Of a DNA stretch of 64,000 bases, positions 20,496 to 29,704 are shown in pieces (position 1 is the first letter of the stretch; each line of letters starts with the position of its first letter). Source of the stretch: an uncultured Alphaproteobacteria bacterium. Lineage in GTDB: Bacteria; Pseudomonadota; Alphaproteobacteria; UBA8366; GCA-2717185. The DNA lies in NCBI GenBank assembly GCA_943788635.1, contig CALSRA010000039.1, positions 3,265 to 67,264 of the forward strand, written 5' to 3'. Both the position numbers and the translations under genes were made by a program. The notes beneath the pieces are model-generated. The model did not search any database. It saw only the letters and a program-made list of their open reading frames with translations, and had not been told where the DNA came from.

Positions 20496-21404
20496 TCATT
20501 CCGGCCGCGCCTTGTCGGCTACCGGAATTTCCGCCGTATCCAATGCATCTGCCAGGCGTGCCTCCGCACTGCCGGGGCGCAGGGGTTGTTGCTGGGTTTC
20601 ATGCGGTGCCCAGCCATGTAGCCAGATGACCTCAAACGTTGCGTTGATCCGCCCATCCGGCCCCGCATGGCGTTCCTGATAAAGTTGCGCCATGCGCAGA
20701 AACAGATCCTTGCGGGTGAATTCGCGCGGGCGGACCACTGCCGCACTGGTTTCGCCCATTCCCCGCAGGTCGGCCAAAAGTTTCAGCGCGTTCTCGTAGG
20801 TCACGGTAATGGTGTCGGTGTCTATGACCGGCAACGCGAAACCGGCCCGCTGCATCAGCGCCCCCGCGTCCCGGATTTCCAGGAATGGGGATACACGGGG
20901 GCTGGCCCCGTCGCGCAGTTCGATTTCCGCCGCCATCAGGCATTCGCGTAATTCGATAAGCGTATCGCCGCCCAGCGTCGCCGCGAGAAACAATCCATCC
21001 GGTTTCAGGCAGCGACGAACCTGCAGCAATGCACCCGGCAGGTCGTTGACCCAATGCAGGGAAAGATTGCTGACGGCCAGATCAAATCGGCCTTCCGCAA
21101 AAGGCAGGGCCTCTTCATCGGCGACGATGGCGGGACCGCCTGCCTGACGGACCATCGCTTCTGAAATATCGGCCTGCAGCAGGGTTCCGATCCGGCTGTT
21201 TGCCGAAATGGCATCGCGCAGCATGCCGGTATGGCTGCCGATATCGACCGCCAGCGGAAATTCCCGCGAAATGTCGAGCAGCCGGTCGGCCAGCCGGTCC
21301 GCGACCTCGCGGAACAGGAAGTCGAACTTGGCAAGTCCGGGCGCGGCACGGTCGCGGTGCGTGCGGACCACGCGGCGGTCGAAAACATTCATTTGATCGG
21401 ACAT
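20496..21404 (-). CDS. SAM-dependent methyltransferase, NDUFAF5/BioC-like
   Basis: 'VFDRRVVRTHRDRA', 'DIGSHTG', 'ADEEALPF', 'SLHWVNDLPG', 'LMQRAGFALPVID'. Confidence 0.9.
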   Translation of the reverse strand: MSDQMNVFDRRVVRTHRDRAAPGLAKFDFLFREVADRLADRLLDISREFPLAVDIGSHTGMLRDAISANSRIGTLLQADISEAMVRQAGGPAIVADEEALPFAEGRFDLAVSNLSLHWVNDLPGALLQVRRCLKPDGLFLAATLGGDTLIELRECLMAAEIELRDGASPRVSPFLEIRDAGALMQRAGFALPVIDTDTITVTYENALKLLADLRGMGETSAAVVRPREFTRKDLFLRMAQLYQERHAGPDGRINATFEVIWLHGWAPHETQQQPLRPGSAEARLADALDTAEIPVADKARPE

Positions 21405-21512
21405 TGCCGACAATATGGCGCGCACTCGGGGCAGGGGCAATGCGGTCCGGCTTGAGCCCGCGTTGCGATTCCGCCTAGAATCGTGAAAAGCGACAAACCG
21501 GAGGAATTTGCG

Positions 21513-23096
21513 ATGGCAGGGACAATCGATGCGAAAGCATTGCGGGATGCATTCGACGATGGTGCTGAACTGGCTGTCATTGACGTCCGCGAAGAAGGGG
21601 TCTTCGGGCGCAGCCACCTGCTGCGCGCGGTGAATATTCCACTCAGCGTTCTGGAACTTCGCATTCGTGACCTTGTGCCGCGTGCGGCGATCCGGTTGGT
21701 GGTGATCGATGACGAGGATGGCCTGTCCCAAAGGGCGTGCAAAATCCTGACTGCTGCGGGCTACAACGACCTTTCGATCCTTCAGGGTGGGGTGCAAGGC
21801 TGGAGTCAGGCAGGATTTGAGCTGTTCAGCGGCATGAACGTTCCCTCGAAAGTGTTCGGTGAACATATCGAGCATCGGTATGACACCCCGAATATATCCG
21901 CCGAGGATTTGAAGGCCCGGGTGGATGCCGGCGAAAACCTGGTAATCCTCGACAGTCGGCCGATGAATGAATTTCACCGCATGAGCATTCCCGGCGGGAT
22001 CGATTCCCCGGGTGCGGAACTGGTCCGGCATGTTCGCGACCTTGCCCCGGACCCGGATACGCTTGTCGTCGTCAATTGCGCCGGACGAACCCGGTCAATC
22101 ATCGGGGCACAATCGCTGATCAATGCCGGGACGCCGAACCGCGTCATGGCGCTGAAGAACGGCACGATGGGTTGGCATCTGGCCGGGTTGGCGCTCGAAC
22201 ACGGCGCGGACCGCCAATACGGCGATGTTTCGCAGACGGCGCTCGACTGGTCGTTGGACGCCGCTGCACAGGTGGCTCGCAAATACGGTGTCCAGAGTAT
22301 TGAGGCGGATACGCTCCGCGAATGGCAGGGGCAGTCCAAAGAACGGACCCTGTTCGTATTCGATGTGCGCTCGCCGGAAGAATATGAAATTGGCCATGTT
22401 GCCGGTTCGCGGCATGCGCCGGGCGGGCAGCTCGTGCAGGCGACGGACCGGTATGTGGGTACAGCAAATGCGCGGATCGTCCTGATCGATGATACCGGCG
22501 TCCGCGCGACGATGACGGCAAGCTGGTTGATCCAGATGGGTTGGACGGATGTCTATATTCTCAAGGACGGGCTGACGCATTTGCCCTGTGAAGCGGGTGC
22601 CTTCATATCGCCAGTTCCGGAGGTTACGGCGCTGACGGTGCCGTCCCTGTCCGTGGACGAGCTGGATCCTGACAGCATGACGGTGATCGATCTCGGTACC
22701 AGCCTTGCCTATCGCGATGGTCACATTCCGGGTGCCTGGTGGGCCATTCGTTCGCGACTGGTGGATGCACTGACCCGTATGCCGGAATCACGGCGCATTG
22801 TCGTTACAGGCAGTGATATGCGGCTGGTGCAGCTTGGCGCCGCTGATCTGGCGTCGCTGACTGACGCGGAAGTCCTTGTGCTGGAGGGGGGAACGGATGC
22901 CTGGCGCGCCGCCGGCAAGCCGATGGAAGAAGGCTTTACCAGCCTCGCCGCCGACAAGGAGGATATTTACTACCTGCCGTATGACCGTGAAGGCACGGTG
23001 GAGGAAGCGATGAACCAGTACCTCACCTGGGAAATCGCACTGATTGAACAGATCAAGCGGGATGGTACCCTGGTTTTCCCGGAATTCGGTCCCTGA
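21513..23096 (+). CDS. Four-domain rhodanese / thiosulfate sulfurtransferase
   Basis: Four rhodanese starts (IDVRE, LDSRP, FDVRS, IDLGT); 'VNCAGRTRS' active-site loop in domain 2; GGAGG RBS. Confidence 0.9.
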   Translation: MAGTIDAKALRDAFDDGAELAVIDVREEGVFGRSHLLRAVNIPLSVLELRIRDLVPRAAIRLVVIDDEDGLSQRACKILTAAGYNDLSILQGGVQGWSQAGFELFSGMNVPSKVFGEHIEHRYDTPNISAEDLKARVDAGENLVILDSRPMNEFHRMSIPGGIDSPGAELVRHVRDLAPDPDTLVVVNCAGRTRSIIGAQSLINAGTPNRVMALKNGTMGWHLAGLALEHGADRQYGDVSQTALDWSLDAAAQVARKYGVQSIEADTLREWQGQSKERTLFVFDVRSPEEYEIGHVAGSRHAPGGQLVQATDRYVGTANARIVLIDDTGVRATMTASWLIQMGWTDVYILKDGLTHLPCEAGAFISPVPEVTALTVPSLSVDELDPDSMTVIDLGTSLAYRDGHIPGAWWAIRSRLVDALTRMPESRRIVVTGSDMRLVQLGAADLASLTDAEVLVLEGGTDAWRAAGKPMEEGFTSLAADKEDIYYLPYDREGTVEEAMNQYLTWEIALIEQIKRDGTLVFPEFGP

Positions 23097-23842
23097 TGGT
23101 GACTGCGTTCCGCATTGCGCCCCTGGGACGGGCGGTGCTGAACGTTGTTTTGCCGCCGCGTTGTGCTGTCTGCGGTGTCACGATAGAGGATGAGGGTGCG
23201 CTATGTGCGGGTTGCTGGAGCAGTATTCGTTTTCTGGCGCCGCCGGAATGCGCCTGCTGCGGCTACCCGTTCGAGTATGTGGTGCCGGAACGTACGTTAT
23301 GCGCTGCCTGCACGCGCCGGCAGCCCGAATTTGACCGTGCCCGTGCCGTTTTTGCCTATGAAGAGTCCAGCCGGGGGCTGATCCTTGCGTTCAAACATGC
23401 CGACCGGACGCATGATGCGCCTGCGTTCGGCCGGTGGCTGGCAAGGGCAGGTCATGAACTTCTGCTGGATGCGGACCTGATTGTGCCTGTGCCGTTGCAC
23501 CGATGGCGCCTGTTTCGTCGCCGTTACAATCAGGCCGCTTTGCTGGCCCAGTCGCTGGGCCGGATTTCAGAAAACCAGGTTGTGGTGGATCTTCTGGTCC
23601 GGCATCGGCACACACGTACGCAGGGCCGGATGTCCCGCACAGCACGCATCCGGAATGTGCGGGGCGCGTTCTCGGTGCGTGACAAATGGCAGGAATCGCT
23701 GCGGGGCAGGCGCGTGCTGCTGGTTGACGATGTGCTGACGACGGGCGCGACAGCCGAAGCATGTGCCCGGGCGCTGAAGCGCGCCGGGGCTGTAGCGGTG
23801 GATGTTCTGGCGCTTTCCAGGGTTGTCAGGCCGCGGCACTGA
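23096..23842 (+). CDS. comF: ComF family amidophosphoribosyltransferase-like protein
   Basis: Double Zn-ribbon CxxC motifs; 'VPVPLH..R..RRRYNQA'; PRPP loop 'LVDDVLTTGAT'. Confidence 0.92.
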   Translation: MVTAFRIAPLGRAVLNVVLPPRCAVCGVTIEDEGALCAGCWSSIRFLAPPECACCGYPFEYVVPERTLCAACTRRQPEFDRARAVFAYEESSRGLILAFKHADRTHDAPAFGRWLARAGHELLLDADLIVPVPLHRWRLFRRRYNQAALLAQSLGRISENQVVVDLLVRHRHTRTQGRMSRTARIRNVRGAFSVRDKWQESLRGRRVLLVDDVLTTGATAEACARALKRAGAVAVDVLALSRVVRPRH

Positions 23843-23883
23843 CGCCACATTCTACGCCATGCCAGTGTAGTGTGATGTATAAT

Positions 23884-25548
23884 CCGACATTCCCCAAGTA
23901 GAATGCCCTTTCTTGCATGTTGTCGATGTTTTGTGCCCCGAGCAAGCCGCCTGTACGACTTTCGCTGTTGTTTGGGCACCTGACCCAGGAACTGAGCGCG
24001 ATTTCTGGTCTCGACAGCTTGGTTAACCCGGATTTTGTTGTGATCAACACCCCTTTGGACGGACCAATCGCGCCGCTTTTCCTCCGATTTTGTTGCTGAG
24101 GTCATCATCCTGGAACCGGTGGTGAGCGAAGGCGATGTATGGCTGCAAGGATGCGAGTGAACAGGTCACAGCTGACCGCGACTTCGGCCAGTTGGAACGT
24201 GATGGCCCGAGCATGACGCACCACCCTCGCTCCAGTTTTGATCAGCCTTGTTTGGAGGCTGGTCAGAGACCAATCAGCCACCTCTTCGGGTAGTTCGGTC
24301 CCTTGCAGTAAAACGCCGAGATTGTAGGCCAGTGCATGAAGTTGCAGGCGGATCTCGTTCTGCGCCATCCCCTTGCAAGATAACCGTGTCCAGTTGATCG
24401 CTTGCTTGCCTTCTTTGATATGCTGCTCTGCCGTTCCGCGTTGGTTGTAGAACCGGATGATCCAGTCTGGTTCCATTGGCAGATTGGTGACAACGAAGCC
24501 GACGCGAGGGAACAACTCGCTGGGATGCCATTCCACCTTGGCGATGACACGACGGGGTTTGTCCCAAGATGCCGCCTGATACTCGAAGTCGCCGTAGATG
24601 CGCTTCACGCCTTTTGGCGGACGACCCACAGGGCGCTTGAGCAGATGCGCAATCTTGCCCTGAAGAACGCGATTGGCCCGAAGGCGGATGGCGTAAAAAT
24701 AGCTTTCCGCTTCCAGAGTTTTGTATAACTCCGGGATGGCGAACGCAGCATCCCCCCGGAAGAACCGCATCAGGTGACGATCCGCATATCGCGCGATGAC
24801 GGGCTTCAGAACCGCTTCCCAGCCGTCGGCACTGTGGACGTTGCCGGGGCGCAGGGCGCAACGTTCGAGGTGCCCGAACTGGTTGAAGACGAACAGCGGG
24901 TGATAGCACATGCAGCCGAAATGCCCGTTCCAAGCCGTTCCTTCCTGTGCGCCGTGGGTGGGACTGACGGAACTGTCCATGTCCAGTGTGATCCACTTGG
25001 GTGGGTTGCGGTCATGAACCCGGTCGATCCAGTGTCCTGATAAATCCGCCAGCACAGTGCGATTGTCGGTTGCCGCCAACACCTCGGTCTCGAACCGGCC
25101 CATCTGGCTCGCGGACGCGGCCTTGGCATCAACGGCACGCCCTCCAACGACCTGCCGCATCACCGGATCAAGCGATAAACGGTCTGCGTCATTCACATCA
25201 TCATATCCGGCCAGCCGCCCAAAGACCGACTGGCGCAACAAGCCAACCAGTGAGTGTAGGCGATTGTGGCCAGTTCGCGTGTCTCTCAGAAATCCGCCCG
25301 CAATGTCGTGCAGGCCAAGCACTTCATCCAATTCCCGGAACAACAGTAATCCACCGTCCGAACTGATCTTCGAACCATGAAATTCCAACCGGACCCGTCG
25401 GTCAAAACTAAGCCGCGCACCATCCGTTTCGCTTGCACCCTTTGGGTGATCCATGATCCGCCGCCTTAAGCCCACTTAACATGCTGCAATATAACACATT
25501 AATTGTCGTCAGAGGAGTGACTTCTCCCTTTTACTTGGGAAATGCGGG
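23884..25548 (-). mobile_element. IS1380-family insertion sequence, 1665 bp, with 5-bp target duplication
   Basis: Ends CCGACATTCCCCAAGTA (from 23884) and, on the reverse strand, CCCGCATTTCCCAAGTA (from 25548) match 14/17. ATAAT is duplicated at 23879-23883 and 25549-25553. Single DDE transposase. Confidence 0.93.
24105..25454 (-). CDS. IS1380-family DDE transposase
   Basis: 'ISSDGGLLL', 'GYDDVNDAD.L..DP', DDE motifs 'LDMDSS', 'RGDAAF', 'YNQRGTAEQHIKEGK', 'ALAYNL'; intact ORF. Confidence 0.93.
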   Translation of the reverse strand: MDHPKGASETDGARLSFDRRVRLEFHGSKISSDGGLLLFRELDEVLGLHDIAGGFLRDTRTGHNRLHSLVGLLRQSVFGRLAGYDDVNDADRLSLDPVMRQVVGGRAVDAKAASASQMGRFETEVLAATDNRTVLADLSGHWIDRVHDRNPPKWITLDMDSSVSPTHGAQEGTAWNGHFGCMCYHPLFVFNQFGHLERCALRPGNVHSADGWEAVLKPVIARYADRHLMRFFRGDAAFAIPELYKTLEAESYFYAIRLRANRVLQGKIAHLLKRPVGRPPKGVKRIYGDFEYQAASWDKPRRVIAKVEWHPSELFPRVGFVVTNLPMEPDWIIRFYNQRGTAEQHIKEGKQAINWTRLSCKGMAQNEIRLQLHALAYNLGVLLQGTELPEEVADWSLTSLQTRLIKTGARVVRHARAITFQLAEVAVSCDLFTRILAAIHRLRSPPVPG

Positions 25549-25589
25549 ATAATACGGTAATTACCGGTGGAAGCGGAGAAGGATTGAAT

Positions 25590-25853
25590 ATGTCAAAGGT
25601 CGAAATTTATACCAGCCCGTTTTGCGGCTTCTGTCACCGGGCAAAGCATCTGCTGGGACAGAAGAATGTCACTTATGACGAAGTCGATGTCATGATGGAC
25701 GGCAAACGCAAGCGTGAAATGGTAGAACGGGCGGGCGGACGCACCAGCGTGCCGCAGATCTTCATCGATGGCGAACATATCGGCGGGTGCGATGAGTTAT
25801 TCGCGCTGGATGACGCAGGCAAGCTCGACGAGAAACTGTCGGCGGCCGGGTGA
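25590..25853 (+). CDS. grxC: Glutaredoxin 3
   Basis: 'CGFC' active site, 'SVPQIFI', 'IGGCDEL'; AAGGA RBS. Confidence 0.95.
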   Translation: MSKVEIYTSPFCGFCHRAKHLLGQKNVTYDEVDVMMDGKRKREMVERAGGRTSVPQIFIDGEHIGGCDELFALDDAGKLDEKLSAAG

Positions 25854-25928
25854 TCATAACCTTCGGGTAGGACGGCCGAAAAGGCGCTTAATGAATCCGG
25901 TGAACCCGCGTCGCAGGCCGGAGCGGGA

Positions 25929-26375
25929 TTACGGCTTCGCCTTATAAATATCCGGGTCGTGGATGGTCATCATCGTTTGCGGGCTGGACAGGGGCGTAAA
26001 GCCAGCCCGGGCGTATACGTTATGCGCATCCCGGGTTGCCAGCAGCCAACGGCGCATCCCCTGCAATTGCGGATGGTCGACAAGGCATTGTGTCAGCCAG
26101 GTCGCCAGGCCACGGCCACGCCAGTCTTCCAGAACAAAGACGTCACCCATATAGGCAAAGGTCGCGTAATCGGTCACGACCCGGGCGAAACCGACCATTT
26201 GTTTGTCACTGTAAAGCCCCATGACCAGCGAGTGGTGGAGCGATTTTTCGACTGTTTCGCGGGGGATGCTTTCCGCCCAATAGCAACCATGCAGGAAGCC
26301 GTGCACCGTATCGAGGTCGATCCGTGCCGGGTCGTCACTGGCGGTAAAGCCGTCTTTTTCGATTTCGTATGTCAT
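25929..26375 (-). CDS. GNAT family N-acetyltransferase
   Basis: 'VGFARVVTDYATFAYMGDVFVLEDWRGRGLA', 'LLATRDAH..Y...GF'. Confidence 0.9.
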   Translation of the reverse strand: MTYEIEKDGFTASDDPARIDLDTVHGFLHGCYWAESIPRETVEKSLHHSLVMGLYSDKQMVGFARVVTDYATFAYMGDVFVLEDWRGRGLATWLTQCLVDHPQLQGMRRWLLATRDAHNVYARAGFTPLSSPQTMMTIHDPDIYKAKP

Positions 26376-26905
26376 GGCTTTCTCATGGCGGCGACGTGCT
26401 GAACCACCCTGGTGTTCTCCTGAATGCATTGGCCGAATGCAACGATGCTCAATTGGCCTCTTAACTTTTCCAGCAGCTCGCCGCGGCGCAGCAGAAAATC
26501 CGGATTGCGGGGACGTCCAAAAGCTTCGTTACCGTCGGCGAATGTCTCGTAAATCAGGATGCCGCCTGGTGCAACAGCGGCGATGATAAGCGGCAGGATG
26601 GGGCGCCACAAATAATTGGTGACGACAATGCCGTCGAATTGCCGATTGCCCAATGGCCAGGCGCTCCCGGATTCAAGGTCGGCTTCGATGATTTCGGCGA
26701 CCGGGTGATCGACGAGATCATGCAGAAATTCGGTTCTGACATCGACGAATGTGGTGGTGTGTCCGCGATCCAGAAAATACCTGCCATGCCGGCCGCCGCC
26801 ACAGGCGAGGTCCAGTACGCGACCACCTGCCGGTACCCGGTTGGCAAAACGTATTACCCAGTCTGAGGGCGGGCGGTCGTGGCTGTGCATTCCGTGGGGG
26901 ACCAT
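26372..26905 (-). CDS. Class I SAM-dependent methyltransferase (TehB-like)
   Basis: 'VLDLACGGGRHG', 'VTNYLWRP', 'GILIYETF', 'NPDFLLRRGEL'; start uncertain. Confidence 0.85.
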   Translation of the reverse strand: MVPHGMHSHDRPPSDWVIRFANRVPAGGRVLDLACGGGRHGRYFLDRGHTTTFVDVRTEFLHDLVDHPVAEIIEADLESGSAWPLGNRQFDGIVVTNYLWRPILPLIIAAVAPGGILIYETFADGNEAFGRPRNPDFLLRRGELLEKLRGQLSIVAFGQCIQENTRVVQHVAAMRKP

Positions 26906-27000
26906 GTTTTCCAAAAATTAATTCTTGCGGCTTAGGCTGCAACGCACCATCTTTGGTTTTCCGATTTGCGGAAATTTACTGTGGAACGGGTCTCAGCACC

Positions 27001-27420
27001 ATGATTTCATTCAATCTTCGTTGTAAAAATGACCATGTCTTCGAGGCATGGTTCAAGGATAGCGCGGCCTATGACACGCAGAAAAAGGGCAAGAAACTCT
27101 CCTGCCCGAACTGCGGCAATGCGAAGATAGACAAAGCGATCATGGCGCCATCTATAGCCCGCGGGTCGAGCCGCGGACAGGATGACAATGCGCCGTCGCC
27201 TGAAGCGATGCGGAATATGCTGCTCGAAGTCCGTGCCGCGGTTGAACAGAATTGCGATTACGTCGGTTCCGAATTTCCCGAAGAGGCGCGTAAAATTCAT
27301 TACGGGGAAACCGAAAAGCGCAATATTTATGGCGAAGCGACGACTGAGGAAGTCTCGGAACTTTCCGAAGAAGGCGTCGAATTCGGAAACATTCCCTGGA
27401 TCCAGCATACCGATAGCTGA
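27001..27420 (+). CDS. DUF1178 family protein
   Basis: 'MISFNLRCKNDHVFEAWF', 'CPNCG', 'KAIMAP', 'YVGSEFPEEARKIHYGE'. Confidence 0.9.
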   Translation: MISFNLRCKNDHVFEAWFKDSAAYDTQKKGKKLSCPNCGNAKIDKAIMAPSIARGSSRGQDDNAPSPEAMRNMLLEVRAAVEQNCDYVGSEFPEEARKIHYGETEKRNIYGEATTEEVSELSEEGVEFGNIPWIQHTDS

Positions 27421-27428
27421 AAACCGGC

Positions 27429-28172
27429 CTATTCGCTTTTTTCCGCCACCGCGACGTAGTTGACGTCCAGGTCCTTGGGGGCCAGTGACCAGCGATCCGT
27501 AAACGGATTGAACGTGACGCCGGAAAATTCGACCACGTTCATGCCCGCCGTCCGCAAGCCGCCCGCCAGCTCGGACGGTTTGACGAAGCGTCGCCAGTCA
27601 TGCGTGCCTTTCGGCAGCCATCGCAGGATATACTCCGCACCGACAATCGCCAGGACGTATGACTTTGCGGTCCGGTTCAGGGTTGCCAGGAACATCAACC
27701 CGCCTGGTCTGGTCAATCCGGCCGTCGCCGCAAGGAAGGCATCGACATCGGCGACATGTTCGATCACTTCCATATTGAGAACGGCATCGAATTGTTCGCC
27801 CGCGGCATGAAGTGCTTCCGCTGTGGCCACGCGGTAGTCGATGTCCAGGCCCATTTCCGTCGCGTGGGTGCTGGCGATCCCAATATTCTTTCCGGTGGCA
27901 TCAATGCCGGTGACGGACGCGCCCATTCGGGTCAGCGGTTCCGCCAGCAAGCCGCCACCGCAGCCGACATCGACGATGCGCAGGCCCTCCAGCGGCCGCT
28001 CCCCATTGGGATCGCGGTCAAACCGCGTCGCCAGCCGGTCCCTGATAAACCGCAGGCGGATCGGGTTGATCTGATGCAGCGGACGGAACGGTCCTTCGGT
28101 GTCCCACCATGTGGCGGCCATTGCCGCAAACTTCTCGACCTCCGCCGGGTCGACAGTCGTATCTGGATTCAT
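27429..28172 (-). CDS. ubiG: Ubiquinone biosynthesis O-methyltransferase UbiG
   Basis: 'WWDTEGPFRPLHQINPIR', 'DVGCGGGLLAE', 'MEVIEHV', 'LPKGTHDW'. Confidence 0.95.
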   Translation of the reverse strand: MNPDTTVDPAEVEKFAAMAATWWDTEGPFRPLHQINPIRLRFIRDRLATRFDRDPNGERPLEGLRIVDVGCGGGLLAEPLTRMGASVTGIDATGKNIGIASTHATEMGLDIDYRVATAEALHAAGEQFDAVLNMEVIEHVADVDAFLAATAGLTRPGGLMFLATLNRTAKSYVLAIVGAEYILRWLPKGTHDWRRFVKPSELAGGLRTAGMNVVEFSGVTFNPFTDRWSLAPKDLDVNYVAVAEKSE

Positions 28173-28282
28173 GGGCTCATTCCTTCTTCCCGGCGGGATA
28201 CGGCTTGCACCTGTTTCGTCATGCGCGTATGCATACGCCGCTTTTTTCCGGGACATCCGGCAATAGAACGAATTCAGGGTCC

Positions 28283-29503
28283 ATGGGGCGCATTGTACAG
28301 AAATTCGGCGGCACGTCAGTGGGCGATCTTGATCGCATCCGCCACGTTGCCGGACTGGTAAAACGGGAATACGACCGGGGCAATCAGGTTGCCGTCGTCT
28401 TGTCCGCCATGTCCGGTATTACCAACGACCTGGTGGGCAAGGTCAATTCGATCAGCCCGCTCCATGACACGCGTGAGTATGACGCCGTCGTTGCGACGGG
28501 GGAGCAGGTGACCTGCGGCCTTATGGCGCTGGCGCTGCAGAGCCTTGGTGTCCCGGCCCGCTCCTGGATGGGCTGGCAGGTACCGATTCATACCGATGAC
28601 GTGCATGGCAAGGCCAGAATTACCGGGGTCGGTACTGAGGGAATCCTGAGCCGTTTCGATGAGGGTCAGGTCGCGGTCGTAGCGGGCTTCCAGGGCATTG
28701 CCCCCTCGGGCCGTATCACGACGCTGGGTCGGGGCGGATCGGACACGACGGCAGTGGCGCTGGCGGCCGCTTTGGACGCGGACCGCTGCGATATTTATAC
28801 GGATGTCGACGGCGTTTACACGACGGACCCGCGCATTGTACCGCGCGCGCAGAAAATCGACCGGATTACGTATGAGGAAATGCTCGAAATGGCGTCACAA
28901 GGCGCCAAGGTACTTCAAACCCGTGCCGTCGAGCTGGCAATGAACCAGAGAGTGCGCCTGCAGGTGTTGTCCACGTTCGAGGACCTGCCGGGCACACTCG
29001 TCGTGGACGAGGAAGAAATCGTGGAACAGCAGGTAGTGAGCGGCATAGCCTATAGCCGCGACGAAGCGAAGGTGACCCTGGTCGGGGTCGACGATCAACC
29101 CGGCGTCGCCGCCGGCATCTTCGGGCCGCTCTCTGACGCGAGCGTCAATGTCGACATGATCGTCCAGAATGTGTCCGGCGACGGTCGGCGGACCGATATG
29201 ACCTTTACGGTCGGCAAGACGGACAAGGATCGCGCGGTTCAGATCCTGGAAGGGATTCGGGATACCCTTGAATACGGCGACCTGAATGTCGACCCTGCTG
29301 TCGTAAAAGTGTCTGTCATCGGTGTCGGCATGCGGTCGCATGCGGGTGTGGCAAAGACCATGTTTCAGGCCCTGTCGGAAAAAGGCATCAATATTCAGGT
29401 CATCTCGACTTCAGAAATCAAGATTAGCGTGCTGATATCCGAGGACTACGCTGAGTTGGCTATACGGGCATTGCATACCGCGTATGGACTCGATGCCGAA
29501 TGA
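28283..29503 (+). CDS. lysC: Aspartate kinase
   Basis: 'VQKFGGTSV', 'TTLGRGGSDTTA', 'YTDVDGVYTTDPR', two ACT domains ending 'ISTSEIKIS'. Confidence 0.96.
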   Translation: MGRIVQKFGGTSVGDLDRIRHVAGLVKREYDRGNQVAVVLSAMSGITNDLVGKVNSISPLHDTREYDAVVATGEQVTCGLMALALQSLGVPARSWMGWQVPIHTDDVHGKARITGVGTEGILSRFDEGQVAVVAGFQGIAPSGRITTLGRGGSDTTAVALAAALDADRCDIYTDVDGVYTTDPRIVPRAQKIDRITYEEMLEMASQGAKVLQTRAVELAMNQRVRLQVLSTFEDLPGTLVVDEEEIVEQQVVSGIAYSRDEAKVTLVGVDDQPGVAAGIFGPLSDASVNVDMIVQNVSGDGRRTDMTFTVGKTDKDRAVQILEGIRDTLEYGDLNVDPAVVKVSVIGVGMRSHAGVAKTMFQALSEKGINIQVISTSEIKISVLISEDYAELAIRALHTAYGLDAE

Positions 29504-29507
29504 GGGC

Positions 29508-29524
29508 GTTAATACACGCGTAAC
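29508..29524. promoter_or_regulatory. CtrA-box-like motif upstream of rodZ
   Basis: GTTAA-TACACGC-GTAAC, one mismatch to TTAA-N7-TTAAC, in an AT-rich intergenic region. Confidence 0.35.
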
Positions 29525-29704
29525 TTTTAGGTTTTAAAGACAATACATTCGTTATTGCCAGTAGATACATGTTTGAATATTGTAAAAACGTATTCACGCG
29601 TTGTCGCAGTATTTCCTATTTGTTGCAACGCCCAGCCTGACACGTGTCTTGAACGCCATGTGGCGGGGTGTGTCGATTCTTTCGTCTGACCTGAATGGCG
29701 CGCG

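Noticed and set aside
21405-22031. N-terminal extension making the methyltransferase 511 aa
   Set aside because: It overlaps the rhodanese gene antisense; family-like sequence starts at ATG 21404. The same logic trims the ORF-track starts of thrB, lysC, argJ and the MmgE/PrpD gene.
23917-24099. 60-aa passenger ORF inside the IS
   Set aside because: No RBS or motifs; it lies in the untranslated end of a standard-length IS1380 element.
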